Part shown: positions 19,094 through 28,696 of the stretch, in pieces | Layout: every line of letters starts with the position of its first letter | How positions within the stretch are numbered: the stretch's first letter is position 1 | From: a virus | Lineage: Duplodnaviria; Caudoviricetes | Virus record (IMG/VR): IMGVR_UViG_3300033146_001808 | Coordinates: 1 to 54,617 of that record | Strand: one strand, 5' to 3' | Length of the DNA stretch: 54,617 nt | The notes under the pieces: generated by a model | Databases searched by the model: none | Seen by the model: only the letters and a program-made list of their open reading frames with translations | Told to the model about the DNA's origin: nothing | Program-made: the position numbers and the translations under genes

Positions 19094-19698
19094 GCTTAAA
19101 ATATTATACAAGTCCGATAGAAGTTTATAATAAACTTACAAAAGCATGGAAGAGAACACCTGTAAACAAAGGAGAAGTTTTCGAGAATTGCATTGATGCA
19201 GAAATAAATTACATTAAAGATGGTGATTTGTTTTCTAAATTCACAGAGTTTCCAATAGAGATTGATAAGACAGTCGGCCTTGGTTCTATGCCATGTAATG
19301 TTATTAGAATAATAGAGGTTTATGACGAGTCTGGAAATGACGTTGATTATGTTGTAACGGGGTCTAATCATATTAAAGTTGTTGGATATGATAAAGTATA
19401 TATGCACTTCTTAGGAGCTATTGTAGATGAAGATGGAATACCAGTTATACATCAAGGTCATGTAAACGCTTTAGTGACTTTTAATTTAATGAAGTTTGTA
19501 GAACAAGAAGTGTTATTACAGCGTATGCCACTTGGTTTTTTACAAAAGTACGAGCAGCAATTTTCAAATCAAGTTGTAGCATTAAAGCAATCTGCTCAAT
19601 ATAAAGACAAATCGCATTATGATAAAGTTAATATTATAAGATTTAATATGCTTAAGAAAGTTGGTCATAAAAGATTAATTAAAACAATGTTCGAATAA
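19090..19698 (+). CDS. Tail tubular / ring protein (P22 gp4-like)
   Basis: 202 aa; MPCNVIRIIEV and AIVDEDGIPVI motifs; immediately before the stabilization protein. Confidence 0.75.
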   Translation: MSLKYYTSPIEVYNKLTKAWKRTPVNKGEVFENCIDAEINYIKDGDLFSKFTEFPIEIDKTVGLGSMPCNVIRIIEVYDESGNDVDYVVTGSNHIKVVGYDKVYMHFLGAIVDEDGIPVIHQGHVNALVTFNLMKFVEQEVLLQRMPLGFLQKYEQQFSNQVVALKQSAQYKDKSHYDKVNIIRFNMLKKVGHKRLIKTMFE

Positions 19699-22600
19699 TG
19701 AAAGCAATAAATAGATTTTTAGCAGGCATAAAGGAGTTTAAAAGCCCCGACCTATACAAAGGCAACGAATGGTGTTTTCCTTCTTCTGGTGTAAGAATAA
19801 TGGACTATAAAAACAAAGGATTGTCTGTTGTGTTTCATAAAGGTAATACTGGAGAAATTACAGCAGAGTTATCAAATGGAGAAGCTTTTAAATTACCTTA
19901 TGGATTTACTCCAATAGGTAATGTTACATACAATGGAGTAATTTATATATCAAGTGTTGCTGATAATGGATTATGTTCAATAGGTTCATATCCTTCTCCA
20001 AATTGGGATTCTCCTATAACTGGTTTTGAAAGGAATTATAAAGTTCTAAAGAATTTTACTACCAATGGTGCAACAAGGATTGATTTAACTACAAAGAAAT
20101 TTAATTTTTCTGATATAAATCAAGTTGATATGATTGCTAAGAAAAAATTTGATGGTACTGTAGATTTATATTTAGCTGATTTTCATAATCCTAATAGGGT
20201 TATTAATACAGGCTTCACACAAATAGGATATATTCTTAATACATTGATACACGAAAATGAATTCAATGGCTCTAATAGTCTTATACCAACTACTCTTAAA
20301 TATATAAATCCAGAGTTAGGTAGTGTAATTAATGGTGGTACTTTGGAATTTGGAATGTATCATATTTATTTCAGATATAAAACTGGTTCTAAAACAACAA
20401 CTAAATTTGTCGGTAAAGTATTTCCTATTCAAATAGGTAAAGGTGATACTAGCAAAACAGTAATGGGTAGCTATGAATTAACTTATGATGATGTTATTGC
20501 CTTGTCAAATAAGATGATTAAGATTGATATTTCTGGAATTGATTTTGATAGTGGATTTGAATCAATAGAAATAGCAGTTGTAAGATATTCTTCTGATACA
20601 GGTAACGCCTTAATTAGAGATACGTATTTGATAGATAAAGAGTATTTGATATCTACATTAGGTAATGAGATTATAATTGATGGTAGAGAGCCTAGGATGA
20701 CTTTTGCTTTTGAAGAAGTAATTATGTCAAGTAATACTTTTTCTACATGTAAAGATCAGACCATTGTTGATTCACGATATTATGGAAGTAGATGGAAAGG
20801 TATTGAATATGATAGAAGAATAATATCTGAATTTTGTTCTAAAATACAAGTAGGATATACATTATCAAATGAAATCCCAGACACTCCTAAATATGAAAGT
20901 TCTAATGAAGATATATATCAGCATCAAAACGAAATGATAACATATAGTAATACAGGTTTCTTTAGAGGTGAAACATATCCATTTACGGCAAAGTTATTAT
21001 TAACAAATGGTTCATTTACAGAACCGTTTCCACTTGAAGGTTGTTATGAATACATACCCGGAACAAGAAGTGCTATAAATCAAAAAGGTGTTTATACATT
21101 TCCTTCTCATGGAGAAAATGCTGTTCATAATCAAGTAAATAATAGACACAAATCATTAGGAGTTAAATTTACAATGAACGATGCTATTACTTTTATGAAT
21201 AGTAATCTTGGATATTTCAATAATATCAAAGGCATTGTATTTATGCGCGGAGATAGAATAGAAAATTTGTTGTATCAAGGAATAGGTTCTGATGTAATTA
21301 AAGGAGTTGTTTCTAAAGTAGGTAAGTATGGAGATAATAATAATGGCTCTAGTGAAGTTGATTTTGAGTTCGAAGAAAACAAAAAAATACCTTGGCCATT
21401 TAATAAATTAGGTTTTTATACTGGTGGTGGAAGAATAGATAGCTCTGATGTAGGAAGGAAGTATGAGGAATATAATGTTATTGGTGAAATATTAAGTGAT
21501 GGAGTGATTATTGCGCCAAAACATAAAGCTGTTTTTTCTCCTGATTATTTATTTGAAGCAAATAGCAAACTTTCAATAGGAGAAGATGTTGTTACTAAAA
21601 GAATAATAAAATATACACAATGGAATAATCAAGGAAAATATAATTGGGATTCTTCAAATAATGAAGAGAGAATAAACGATAGGCTATTTACTGAGTATGG
21701 TCATTCACTGAACAGTAATGAAGTGTCTATTCATTTTGACCCTTCAAATTCATTATCAGGTAAAGGTTATTTAATAGATGATGCTGTACATAATGGATTA
21801 GAAAATATGTGTTCTATAGTTGACCAATTTAATTCAGCTCAACAATTATTTGAATATAATCTATATTTATTTAATAGTGGAAATCCTTATCAAGATACTA
21901 GTTCTGCAGTTTGTAGTAAAGATAATCCTGAAAATTGTACAAGTAGAGTCGCTGGTAATGCTTCTATGAGATTGGCTAGATTTATAGCTATTAGTTTTAA
22001 TAATGATATTACAGAAAGTTTCAATGATCATATAATTAATGTTTATAAGAATGAGCCTTCAATAGCATTATATAATTCAATAATCGATACATTCAATCCT
22101 GGTAGTACTTTGTATTATGATATTAGTGATATAAAAGAATTAACTAATTCGATATTCACTACATTCAAAGGAGATTGTTTCTTGCAACGAATAGCATTTA
22201 GATTATATAATACATATAATTTGAAAGATGGATGGGAAGAAGAGGACGTTTGGTCAACTGTAAGAAATCATTTTTATCCAAACGGTTCAACGAAAAAGGG
22301 GCTAAAGAATGCAGGTTCTATAATGTCAGCAATCGTAGAGAGTCGTATTAATGGAGCTATGCGTAATGTGGTTGAAGGAAAAACATCAACAGGTACTCTT
22401 GTTAATTATAGGTTTTATCCTGATGTATTAGCGGGATATGACGTTAAACATTGGATAGGTTCTTTTGACCTTGATGAAAATAAATATGAAGGCTGTTATG
22501 TAAATAGTGGATATAATAAAGTATCATCAGATAGTAAGGCTGTAGGTTTTAGTGTTGGAGCAAAATATGGTTCTAATGAAAGACCAACAAGGATTTACTT

Positions 22601-24143
22601 TTCGCCAAAAGCTAAGGCCGGAGAGATTGCTGATAAATTCAGAATGATTAGTCCAATAGCATTTCAAGACTATCCTTTAGAGAATGGAGCGATTACAGCG
22701 ATTGCAAATGTAAATGATACTCTTATATCAATACAAGAGAATGCTATCAATCAGCATCAGCTAGGGCAGCAGAAACTAACTAATACGGCTTCTGATATAG
22801 TTCTTAATAATACAGGAATGTACCTTAGTGATAAAGTTAGGCAACTTGCTCAATATGGTTCTCAACATCAATGGAGTGTTTTGAGTATAGGAAATAATAT
22901 ATTTGGAGTAGATTTATACAAGAGAGTTATATGGGTAGTAGGTACAGGTCAAACTGATTCTGGTCAAACTTCATATAATAGCACTAATCTTTCTGAAAAG
23001 AAGCAAGTATTCGGTTGGTTGAAGAAATTAGTTGATGATAATTCTTACGATACAGATGTATTAGATTTCGTTAAAGACAATCCTATAAACGGAGAAGGAG
23101 TTAATGTTGGTTTTGATAGACGATATAAAGAGGTTGTATTTGGATTTCATTTTAAACAAGTCGTAGAGAATGCCTTTCCATTAAGTTCTGTAACAACATG
23201 GATTAGTGATGCTATTGCTTTTTTTGGAGAGTTAAGAATACTTACAGATGGTGACAGTGAAATAACTTACTTATATTATTGGAACGATAATTATGTTGCT
23301 GCTACGAGTTCTGATATACCAGATCCAACAGGAGCTAGTCATAATAGTTGGATTAGATGTGGAGATATAAATGGTAACCTTACAATCTATAGTGAAGAGA
23401 ATATGCGCTATGCTAAAAGTGGAGATATTGTTAATATATACAATGGAAATAGTGGTCATGCTTATATCGTAACTTCTGATTATCCACAATCAAGAAGTGA
23501 TTTATATATTTATAAAAGTATTTGTTTTGAATGTGACCCTATTGTTACAAATAGAATTTCTATTACAAGAACGGTTACATTTGTTAGAGAGAGTTTAGTC
23601 TACGATGCTTTAAACATGGTATTCACTGGTACGGGTTTACATAATTCGGGTATGTATTTTGAACTTGGAGAAAATATGTTTAGTGCTAATGAATATAATA
23701 TTGATAATGATAAAAGAAATTCTGTATTTTTACACAACAATAAATCATCAAAAGTAGGTGAGTATTATGGAGAGATGCGAGAGAGTAAATTAAGTTTCAT
23801 TGTATCTGGTGACGAAAAAGTTCGTGAAATGATAAAGATGTTTTTGAATTACAGTATAGATACGGACAATATACCATTTAAGAGTATAGAGTTTTTTACT
23901 GATTATCAATCATCAAAACTTGATCCATTTATTCCTATAGATCCTAATTTATTTTATTTGAAGCCAGAGTATTTAGAAAATATGTGGAGAGGCCCAATAT
24001 CTGGTAATCAAGATTCAAATCCTCTTTATCAAATGTTATCAGAAATGAGAGGTGAGTATTTGAAAGTAACATTAACTTACAACCAAGAGCAAGAGAAGAG
24101 TATTAGAAAGTTTATAACGGATCATATAATTTCATATATATAA
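19698..24143 (+). CDS. Tail stabilization / muzzle protein (P22 gp10-like)
   Basis: 1481 aa, beta-propeller-like; LYLADFHNPNRVIN, GFFRGETYPF, FKGDCF, YGSQHQWS, MRGEYLKVTL motifs; synteny. Confidence 0.85.
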   Translation: MKAINRFLAGIKEFKSPDLYKGNEWCFPSSGVRIMDYKNKGLSVVFHKGNTGEITAELSNGEAFKLPYGFTPIGNVTYNGVIYISSVADNGLCSIGSYPSPNWDSPITGFERNYKVLKNFTTNGATRIDLTTKKFNFSDINQVDMIAKKKFDGTVDLYLADFHNPNRVINTGFTQIGYILNTLIHENEFNGSNSLIPTTLKYINPELGSVINGGTLEFGMYHIYFRYKTGSKTTTKFVGKVFPIQIGKGDTSKTVMGSYELTYDDVIALSNKMIKIDISGIDFDSGFESIEIAVVRYSSDTGNALIRDTYLIDKEYLISTLGNEIIIDGREPRMTFAFEEVIMSSNTFSTCKDQTIVDSRYYGSRWKGIEYDRRIISEFCSKIQVGYTLSNEIPDTPKYESSNEDIYQHQNEMITYSNTGFFRGETYPFTAKLLLTNGSFTEPFPLEGCYEYIPGTRSAINQKGVYTFPSHGENAVHNQVNNRHKSLGVKFTMNDAITFMNSNLGYFNNIKGIVFMRGDRIENLLYQGIGSDVIKGVVSKVGKYGDNNNGSSEVDFEFEENKKIPWPFNKLGFYTGGGRIDSSDVGRKYEEYNVIGEILSDGVIIAPKHKAVFSPDYLFEANSKLSIGEDVVTKRIIKYTQWNNQGKYNWDSSNNEERINDRLFTEYGHSLNSNEVSIHFDPSNSLSGKGYLIDDAVHNGLENMCSIVDQFNSAQQLFEYNLYLFNSGNPYQDTSSAVCSKDNPENCTSRVAGNASMRLARFIAISFNNDITESFNDHIINVYKNEPSIALYNSIIDTFNPGSTLYYDISDIKELTNSIFTTFKGDCFLQRIAFRLYNTYNLKDGWEEEDVWSTVRNHFYPNGSTKKGLKNAGSIMSAIVESRINGAMRNVVEGKTSTGTLVNYRFYPDVLAGYDVKHWIGSFDLDENKYEGCYVNSGYNKVSSDSKAVGFSVGAKYGSNERPTRIYFSPKAKAGEIADKFRMISPIAFQDYPLENGAITAIANVNDTLISIQENAINQHQLGQQKLTNTASDIVLNNTGMYLSDKVRQLAQYGSQHQWSVLSIGNNIFGVDLYKRVIWVVGTGQTDSGQTSYNSTNLSEKKQVFGWLKKLVDDNSYDTDVLDFVKDNPINGEGVNVGFDRRYKEVVFGFHFKQVVENAFPLSSVTTWISDAIAFFGELRILTDGDSEITYLYYWNDNYVAATSSDIPDPTGASHNSWIRCGDINGNLTIYSEENMRYAKSGDIVNIYNGNSGHAYIVTSDYPQSRSDLYIYKSICFECDPIVTNRISITRTVTFVRESLVYDALNMVFTGTGLHNSGMYFELGENMFSANEYNIDNDKRNSVFLHNNKSSKVGEYYGEMRESKLSFIVSGDEKVREMIKMFLNYSIDTDNIPFKSIEFFTDYQSSKLDPFIPIDPNLFYLKPEYLENMWRGPISGNQDSNPLYQMLSEMRGEYLKVTLTYNQEQEKSIRKFITDHIISYI

Positions 24144-25192
24144 TGCAAACATACAAACGAAATAAAAAGAAAACTCTATATAGTGGTAACTCACAAGGGT
24201 TACAGCAAGGTATAGATATGGGTGTTAATGTTGGTTTAGTTGGATTAGCTATGACTGGTGTTGGAGCTCCTGTTGCTGCAGGAATAGGCGCACTATATCA
24301 TGCGGGTAAAATGGGTAGTAAATTCATAACAGATGTAGGAACAGATGAGTATGGTAGAACTAATGTGGCAGCTAATGCTGCTGCTAAAATATTAGACCCA
24401 CTTTCAGGTGTTACAGATATGGCAAGAGGATTTGCAGAAGGAGATATTGTACAAGCTCTTGATCCATTTGGTATAAAAGCTCAACTTGATTTAAATAAAG
24501 AGATTACTGAGAACATGAATAAAGAACCAGAAGAAATAATTCATACTGATTCTAATAATTCATTAGGAGGTAGACAGAGAGGTGTTGTTAGTGAAAACGT
24601 AAAAGAAGTAATAGAAACTGATTTATCTGTAGAAAAAAGCACTGACAACACTTCTTACGCAGCAGAAGGTGCACAAGTTGTTAATAGCGTTATGTCAATG
24701 GATAAAGCTATGAACGCTGATAAAACGGCTTTAACAAAAGAAATGGCAAATACTGGTATAGAGATGATGGATCCAATTGCAGATGTTCAATTAGATGTAA
24801 ATAATCCAGATGTATTAGGAGGGATGGAAATGAAACCTATGCCTATTGAATCAGCTATACAACCTACTTTTAGTAATGAAACAGGAAAGGTATTACCGGG
24901 TCAGTTACCTATAAATGAAGAAATAAAACCTTTTGAATTACCTGAAAATAATTATGCAGAAGAATTTAAGTGGGGAGATGCAAGTGGGTTAGGTTTATTA
25001 TTAGGAGGTAAAGAGTTTAGTCCAACATTAGATGTTTCTTATACAGATAAAGAGTTTTCTATGGAAGCTTATGATTTATTTAAAAAAGAAGATGTTGATA
25101 AGAAAAAGAAAAAGGAGTTGTATAGTAATATAAATGATTTAGGAAATAAAAATAAATCAGGCATGATGTTCGATTTCATGCGTAACTATTAA
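24143..25192 (+). CDS. Putative ejected cargo protein with hydrophobic Gly/Ala-rich N-terminus
   Basis: 349 aa; MGVNVGLVGLAMTGVGAPVAAGIGAL; first gene after the muzzle. Confidence 0.6.
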   Translation: MQTYKRNKKKTLYSGNSQGLQQGIDMGVNVGLVGLAMTGVGAPVAAGIGALYHAGKMGSKFITDVGTDEYGRTNVAANAAAKILDPLSGVTDMARGFAEGDIVQALDPFGIKAQLDLNKEITENMNKEPEEIIHTDSNNSLGGRQRGVVSENVKEVIETDLSVEKSTDNTSYAAEGAQVVNSVMSMDKAMNADKTALTKEMANTGIEMMDPIADVQLDVNNPDVLGGMEMKPMPIESAIQPTFSNETGKVLPGQLPINEEIKPFELPENNYAEEFKWGDASGLGLLLGGKEFSPTLDVSYTDKEFSMEAYDLFKKEDVDKKKKKELYSNINDLGNKNKSGMMFDFMRNY

Positions 25193-25203
25193 AATTGATT
25201 ATT

Positions 25204-26604
25204 ATGAGAGAAGGTATTATAAAAAAAGAACCTATATATAATTATAGAGGTAGAACTTATGTTCATGTAGGACAAATGAGCGATTATGATAAAAGAGTTA
25301 GTCGTATAGCTGCTCAAATAAAAGATCAAGAGTTAAGGCTTATTCATGATAAACGAATGGGTAATACTGATAAAATAAAAGCAAGAGAAGCACATTTGGC
25401 AAAGCTTCAAGGTCAATCTACTAAACTTGAATCAGGAAAAGGAGATTTTATAAAAGAACTTAAACAAAAGAAAAGTGATTTAGAAACTCATTATTCAGAT
25501 GATGATGGTAATGTGAAAAGTCTTTATAAAGGTAATTACGACGAGATAGTTAATCGTTTAAATAAGACTGATGAATCTTATAATGAATTTCAAAGTGAAG
25601 GCCAAAATTCTTATCCTATAAGTAATGGTACTGAGAAGGATTCTAAATATGGTTTTATGAATCAGAAAGAGGAAAGCAAAAGTTTATATAGTACACTAAA
25701 AAACGTTCTTATAGAAGCTGATCAATCTACAACTAGAAAGATGAATACAGATGGAGGAGCTTCAAATAATCCTCAACAAAAAACTGAAAAAGATGTTGAT
25801 TTATCTAAAATAGATATTGATAATGAAGAAGAAGAATTAGGATATAATGATGGAGAATTAGAGGATTTAACTACTGAATCTAATGATAGTAAGTATGAGT
25901 ATGGATTGAATGAAGAGGGAATGAAAAAAGCCTCTAATCTTGGTACTGATAATTCTATGTATTCTAGTATAGGAGAGCGAATTAAAAAGGAAAAAGACTC
26001 TTATTTAAAAGCTTTAGATAATAATACTATGTTAGGTAATGCTATGGATATAGTAGCTATGGGAAGTAACATAGTTGATATGAAGCATAATCGTGATGAA
26101 GAGTTTGATTCTAATTTACATTTAGTAGGTAGGTCGAATAATAAAGTTCAAGCACCAAATATAACATCAGCACTTAATAATAAAGCTGATGCTAATTTAG
26201 TAAGAGGATTGTATCAATCAAGGGTAGGAGGTAATGGAATTGTTGAAAATGCTGCTAATGTTGCTAACGCTGATAGCATGGCTTTAAAGATAGGTGAAGC
26301 GCAAGGTAAAATGAATAGTCAAGCTGCTTCTCAAACATCAATAGCAGAGGCTAGAGATAAAGCTTTTGTTGAAGGAACTAATTCTCGTGCTATTATTGAA
26401 GATCAAAGAAGAAAAGATGCATTTGAAGATAAAAAATCTAAGTATGACCAAGTAGGTAAACAGTCATTATATAGTATGGCAAGTAATATAGGAACTAGAA
26501 AGATTAATAAGGATTATAATACATATAATTACCTTAGACAGAAATCAATGGATCAAGCATATAAAGATGCTTTAATGAAAGATGGTTTAGTACCAAACGC
26601 TTAA
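25204..26604 (+). CDS. Putative ejected cargo protein
   Basis: 466 aa from ATG 25204; acidic disordered middle, Ala/Asn/Gln-rich helical C-terminus. Confidence 0.6.
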   Translation: MREGIIKKEPIYNYRGRTYVHVGQMSDYDKRVSRIAAQIKDQELRLIHDKRMGNTDKIKAREAHLAKLQGQSTKLESGKGDFIKELKQKKSDLETHYSDDDGNVKSLYKGNYDEIVNRLNKTDESYNEFQSEGQNSYPISNGTEKDSKYGFMNQKEESKSLYSTLKNVLIEADQSTTRKMNTDGGASNNPQQKTEKDVDLSKIDIDNEEEELGYNDGELEDLTTESNDSKYEYGLNEEGMKKASNLGTDNSMYSSIGERIKKEKDSYLKALDNNTMLGNAMDIVAMGSNIVDMKHNRDEEFDSNLHLVGRSNNKVQAPNITSALNNKADANLVRGLYQSRVGGNGIVENAANVANADSMALKIGEAQGKMNSQAASQTSIAEARDKAFVEGTNSRAIIEDQRRKDAFEDKKSKYDQVGKQSLYSMASNIGTRKINKDYNTYNYLRQKSMDQAYKDALMKDGLVPNA

Positions 26605-26614
26605 ATATATAGAT

Positions 26615-28684
26615 ATGGGATTTAGAGGAATGATAATGCCCGGTAAACCAACGTTGTTTCCGGGAGTACCACAAGGAACAAGTATACGAGGTGGTGGAAA
26701 AAAAGGCTCGTCTACAAAGAAAGGAGAAACACTCGAATCTCCTAATGGGATGGTTAGGCAAACTACTGAATATAATATAGCAGAAGCTCAAATGAATCAG
26801 AGAAAAGTTTCACTGTCTAATAATTTATTTAAGATACTTAAAGAAAGGCATCATGGAGACATGAATGCTTATTCTAATGATCCAGAAGTGCAACAAGCAT
26901 TAGCTATATATCAAAATGAAAGAGCCAGTCTTGCTGCTTCAAGGAATCAAGTTGAATCTGAAAAGGAATATAAAGAAGCTGCTGTTTCCACTACTGATAA
27001 AAATAAAGGTACTGATAAGTATTATGTTGATGATAGAGGGCAAAGGCGATTTTTAGGTGTTGATGGTAGAGCATATACTAGTGGTCAGAAATATAAAACT
27101 AGAGATGGAAAAGTTCATACTGCTAAAAAAAGAAATGATCAAGATTATTTGACTTATGGAGAATGGTATAAAGTTAAAGAGAACAATGCCTCTATGGGTA
27201 AAAATAAATATGGTGTTTATACGGTAGAACAAAACGAGTGGACTACTTCTGTAGATTATAATAAAGATGAAATTTCAACTTATGTTACGGGCATTTTAAG
27301 TAAAGCAGGAAGTGATACTTATGCTGGTGGAACAAGTGCTCAAATGTTTGGTAATTCATTTATGAAAGTTAATGGTCACCATAAAACAGATTTGAAAAAA
27401 TTAACTCAAATGGCAGATGTTGTTAATGACACTTTACCTTCTAATACGAGAGTACAGATGAAACAAAAGTATTGGGAAGAGAAGCATGATGATGATGTTT
27501 TATTAAGAACTAAAACAGGTGGTCAATTTATTAATAAAAATCAGTATGCTATGATAAAGGATCAAATAAAGGAAGGAACTTCTGCTGCTGATTTAGGCAT
27601 TTCAAAAGAATTATATAGTCAAATTAAAAGTGGTAATAACACTTATGATAATGAGAATATTAAATTTGCTTTTTATACGCAAAATATAGTTGGAAAGACA
27701 GCTAATGCAATGGCTACTGATGAGAGAGGTGATTATAAATTCATAAAATTATCTGATTCAGAAGTAGGATTTAATATGGAGAGGAAGAAAGCCACAGAAG
27801 CTTCGGCTCACTCTGTTGCTGCTAATATTAATGCCGCTAATCCAGATAAGGCTATAAGGAAAACTATTTATCAAAAACAAGCTAATGGAAAGTACTTGGC
27901 AATAGATGTTGCTACAGGCATTTCTCATCCAGAAAGTATAGCTACTAAAAATGCTTATGATAAAGCTAATAAAGCTTTAGTGGCTGAACACTTTGATGAT
28001 GATGGAGAAGCTAAACTTGAAACATTTACAAGGAAAAATGCTGTATCTAATGAATCTAATATTATTGTATTACCAAATGGTCAATTATTAGAAGGTGATA
28101 TGCTTAATAAAATGTATGTAGTTCATTATAACGAAGCTACTGTTTCACATCCTTCATATAGAAAGAATAAAAAAACTGGTGAAGCTGAATACGATATACA
28201 TAGAGGAACTGATAAAGAAGGTAATGAATTATCTGATGGTAAGTTTACTACTGCTCATAATAAGACGGGTCACTATATGGATCTAGCAATGGATATTGAT
28301 GATTTCACTAAATTGCAGGAAACAATGGTTACATCTAAATCTGATTCAGGAAATAATTATGATGGAACAGGGAAGCCTCCTCCTGATGCTTATTATAAAG
28401 CAGGTCAAGATGAGCTTGTTGATGATGGTTTTATTTATAATTCTGTAAGTAAAGTTGGAGAAAACTTAAATATAGAACTTGGAGGTTCTGATGGTTCTCC
28501 TCAGAGTGGTGTTGTTTATTTTAGAGTTTATGTTCAAGATGATCAATTTGGTATTAATACAGAATATAAAGGTGGTGGAGCAACTGCTGCTAATAGGGAA
28601 TCACAAGATGCGGCTGCTCATGGTGGTCAATATATTAGAGCGAATGCTGATAATGCAATCATTAATGCAATTAGAACAAATTAA
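26615..28684 (+). CDS. Putative ejected cargo protein
   Basis: 689 aa; Pro/Gly/Lys-rich N-terminus, coiled coil; directly upstream of the giant RNAP gene. Confidence 0.6.
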   Translation: MGFRGMIMPGKPTLFPGVPQGTSIRGGGKKGSSTKKGETLESPNGMVRQTTEYNIAEAQMNQRKVSLSNNLFKILKERHHGDMNAYSNDPEVQQALAIYQNERASLAASRNQVESEKEYKEAAVSTTDKNKGTDKYYVDDRGQRRFLGVDGRAYTSGQKYKTRDGKVHTAKKRNDQDYLTYGEWYKVKENNASMGKNKYGVYTVEQNEWTTSVDYNKDEISTYVTGILSKAGSDTYAGGTSAQMFGNSFMKVNGHHKTDLKKLTQMADVVNDTLPSNTRVQMKQKYWEEKHDDDVLLRTKTGGQFINKNQYAMIKDQIKEGTSAADLGISKELYSQIKSGNNTYDNENIKFAFYTQNIVGKTANAMATDERGDYKFIKLSDSEVGFNMERKKATEASAHSVAANINAANPDKAIRKTIYQKQANGKYLAIDVATGISHPESIATKNAYDKANKALVAEHFDDDGEAKLETFTRKNAVSNESNIIVLPNGQLLEGDMLNKMYVVHYNEATVSHPSYRKNKKTGEAEYDIHRGTDKEGNELSDGKFTTAHNKTGHYMDLAMDIDDFTKLQETMVTSKSDSGNNYDGTGKPPPDAYYKAGQDELVDDGFIYNSVSKVGENLNIELGGSDGSPQSGVVYFRVYVQDDQFGINTEYKGGGATAANRESQDAAAHGGQYIRANADNAIINAIRTN

Positions 28685-28696
28685 AATATTTATAAG

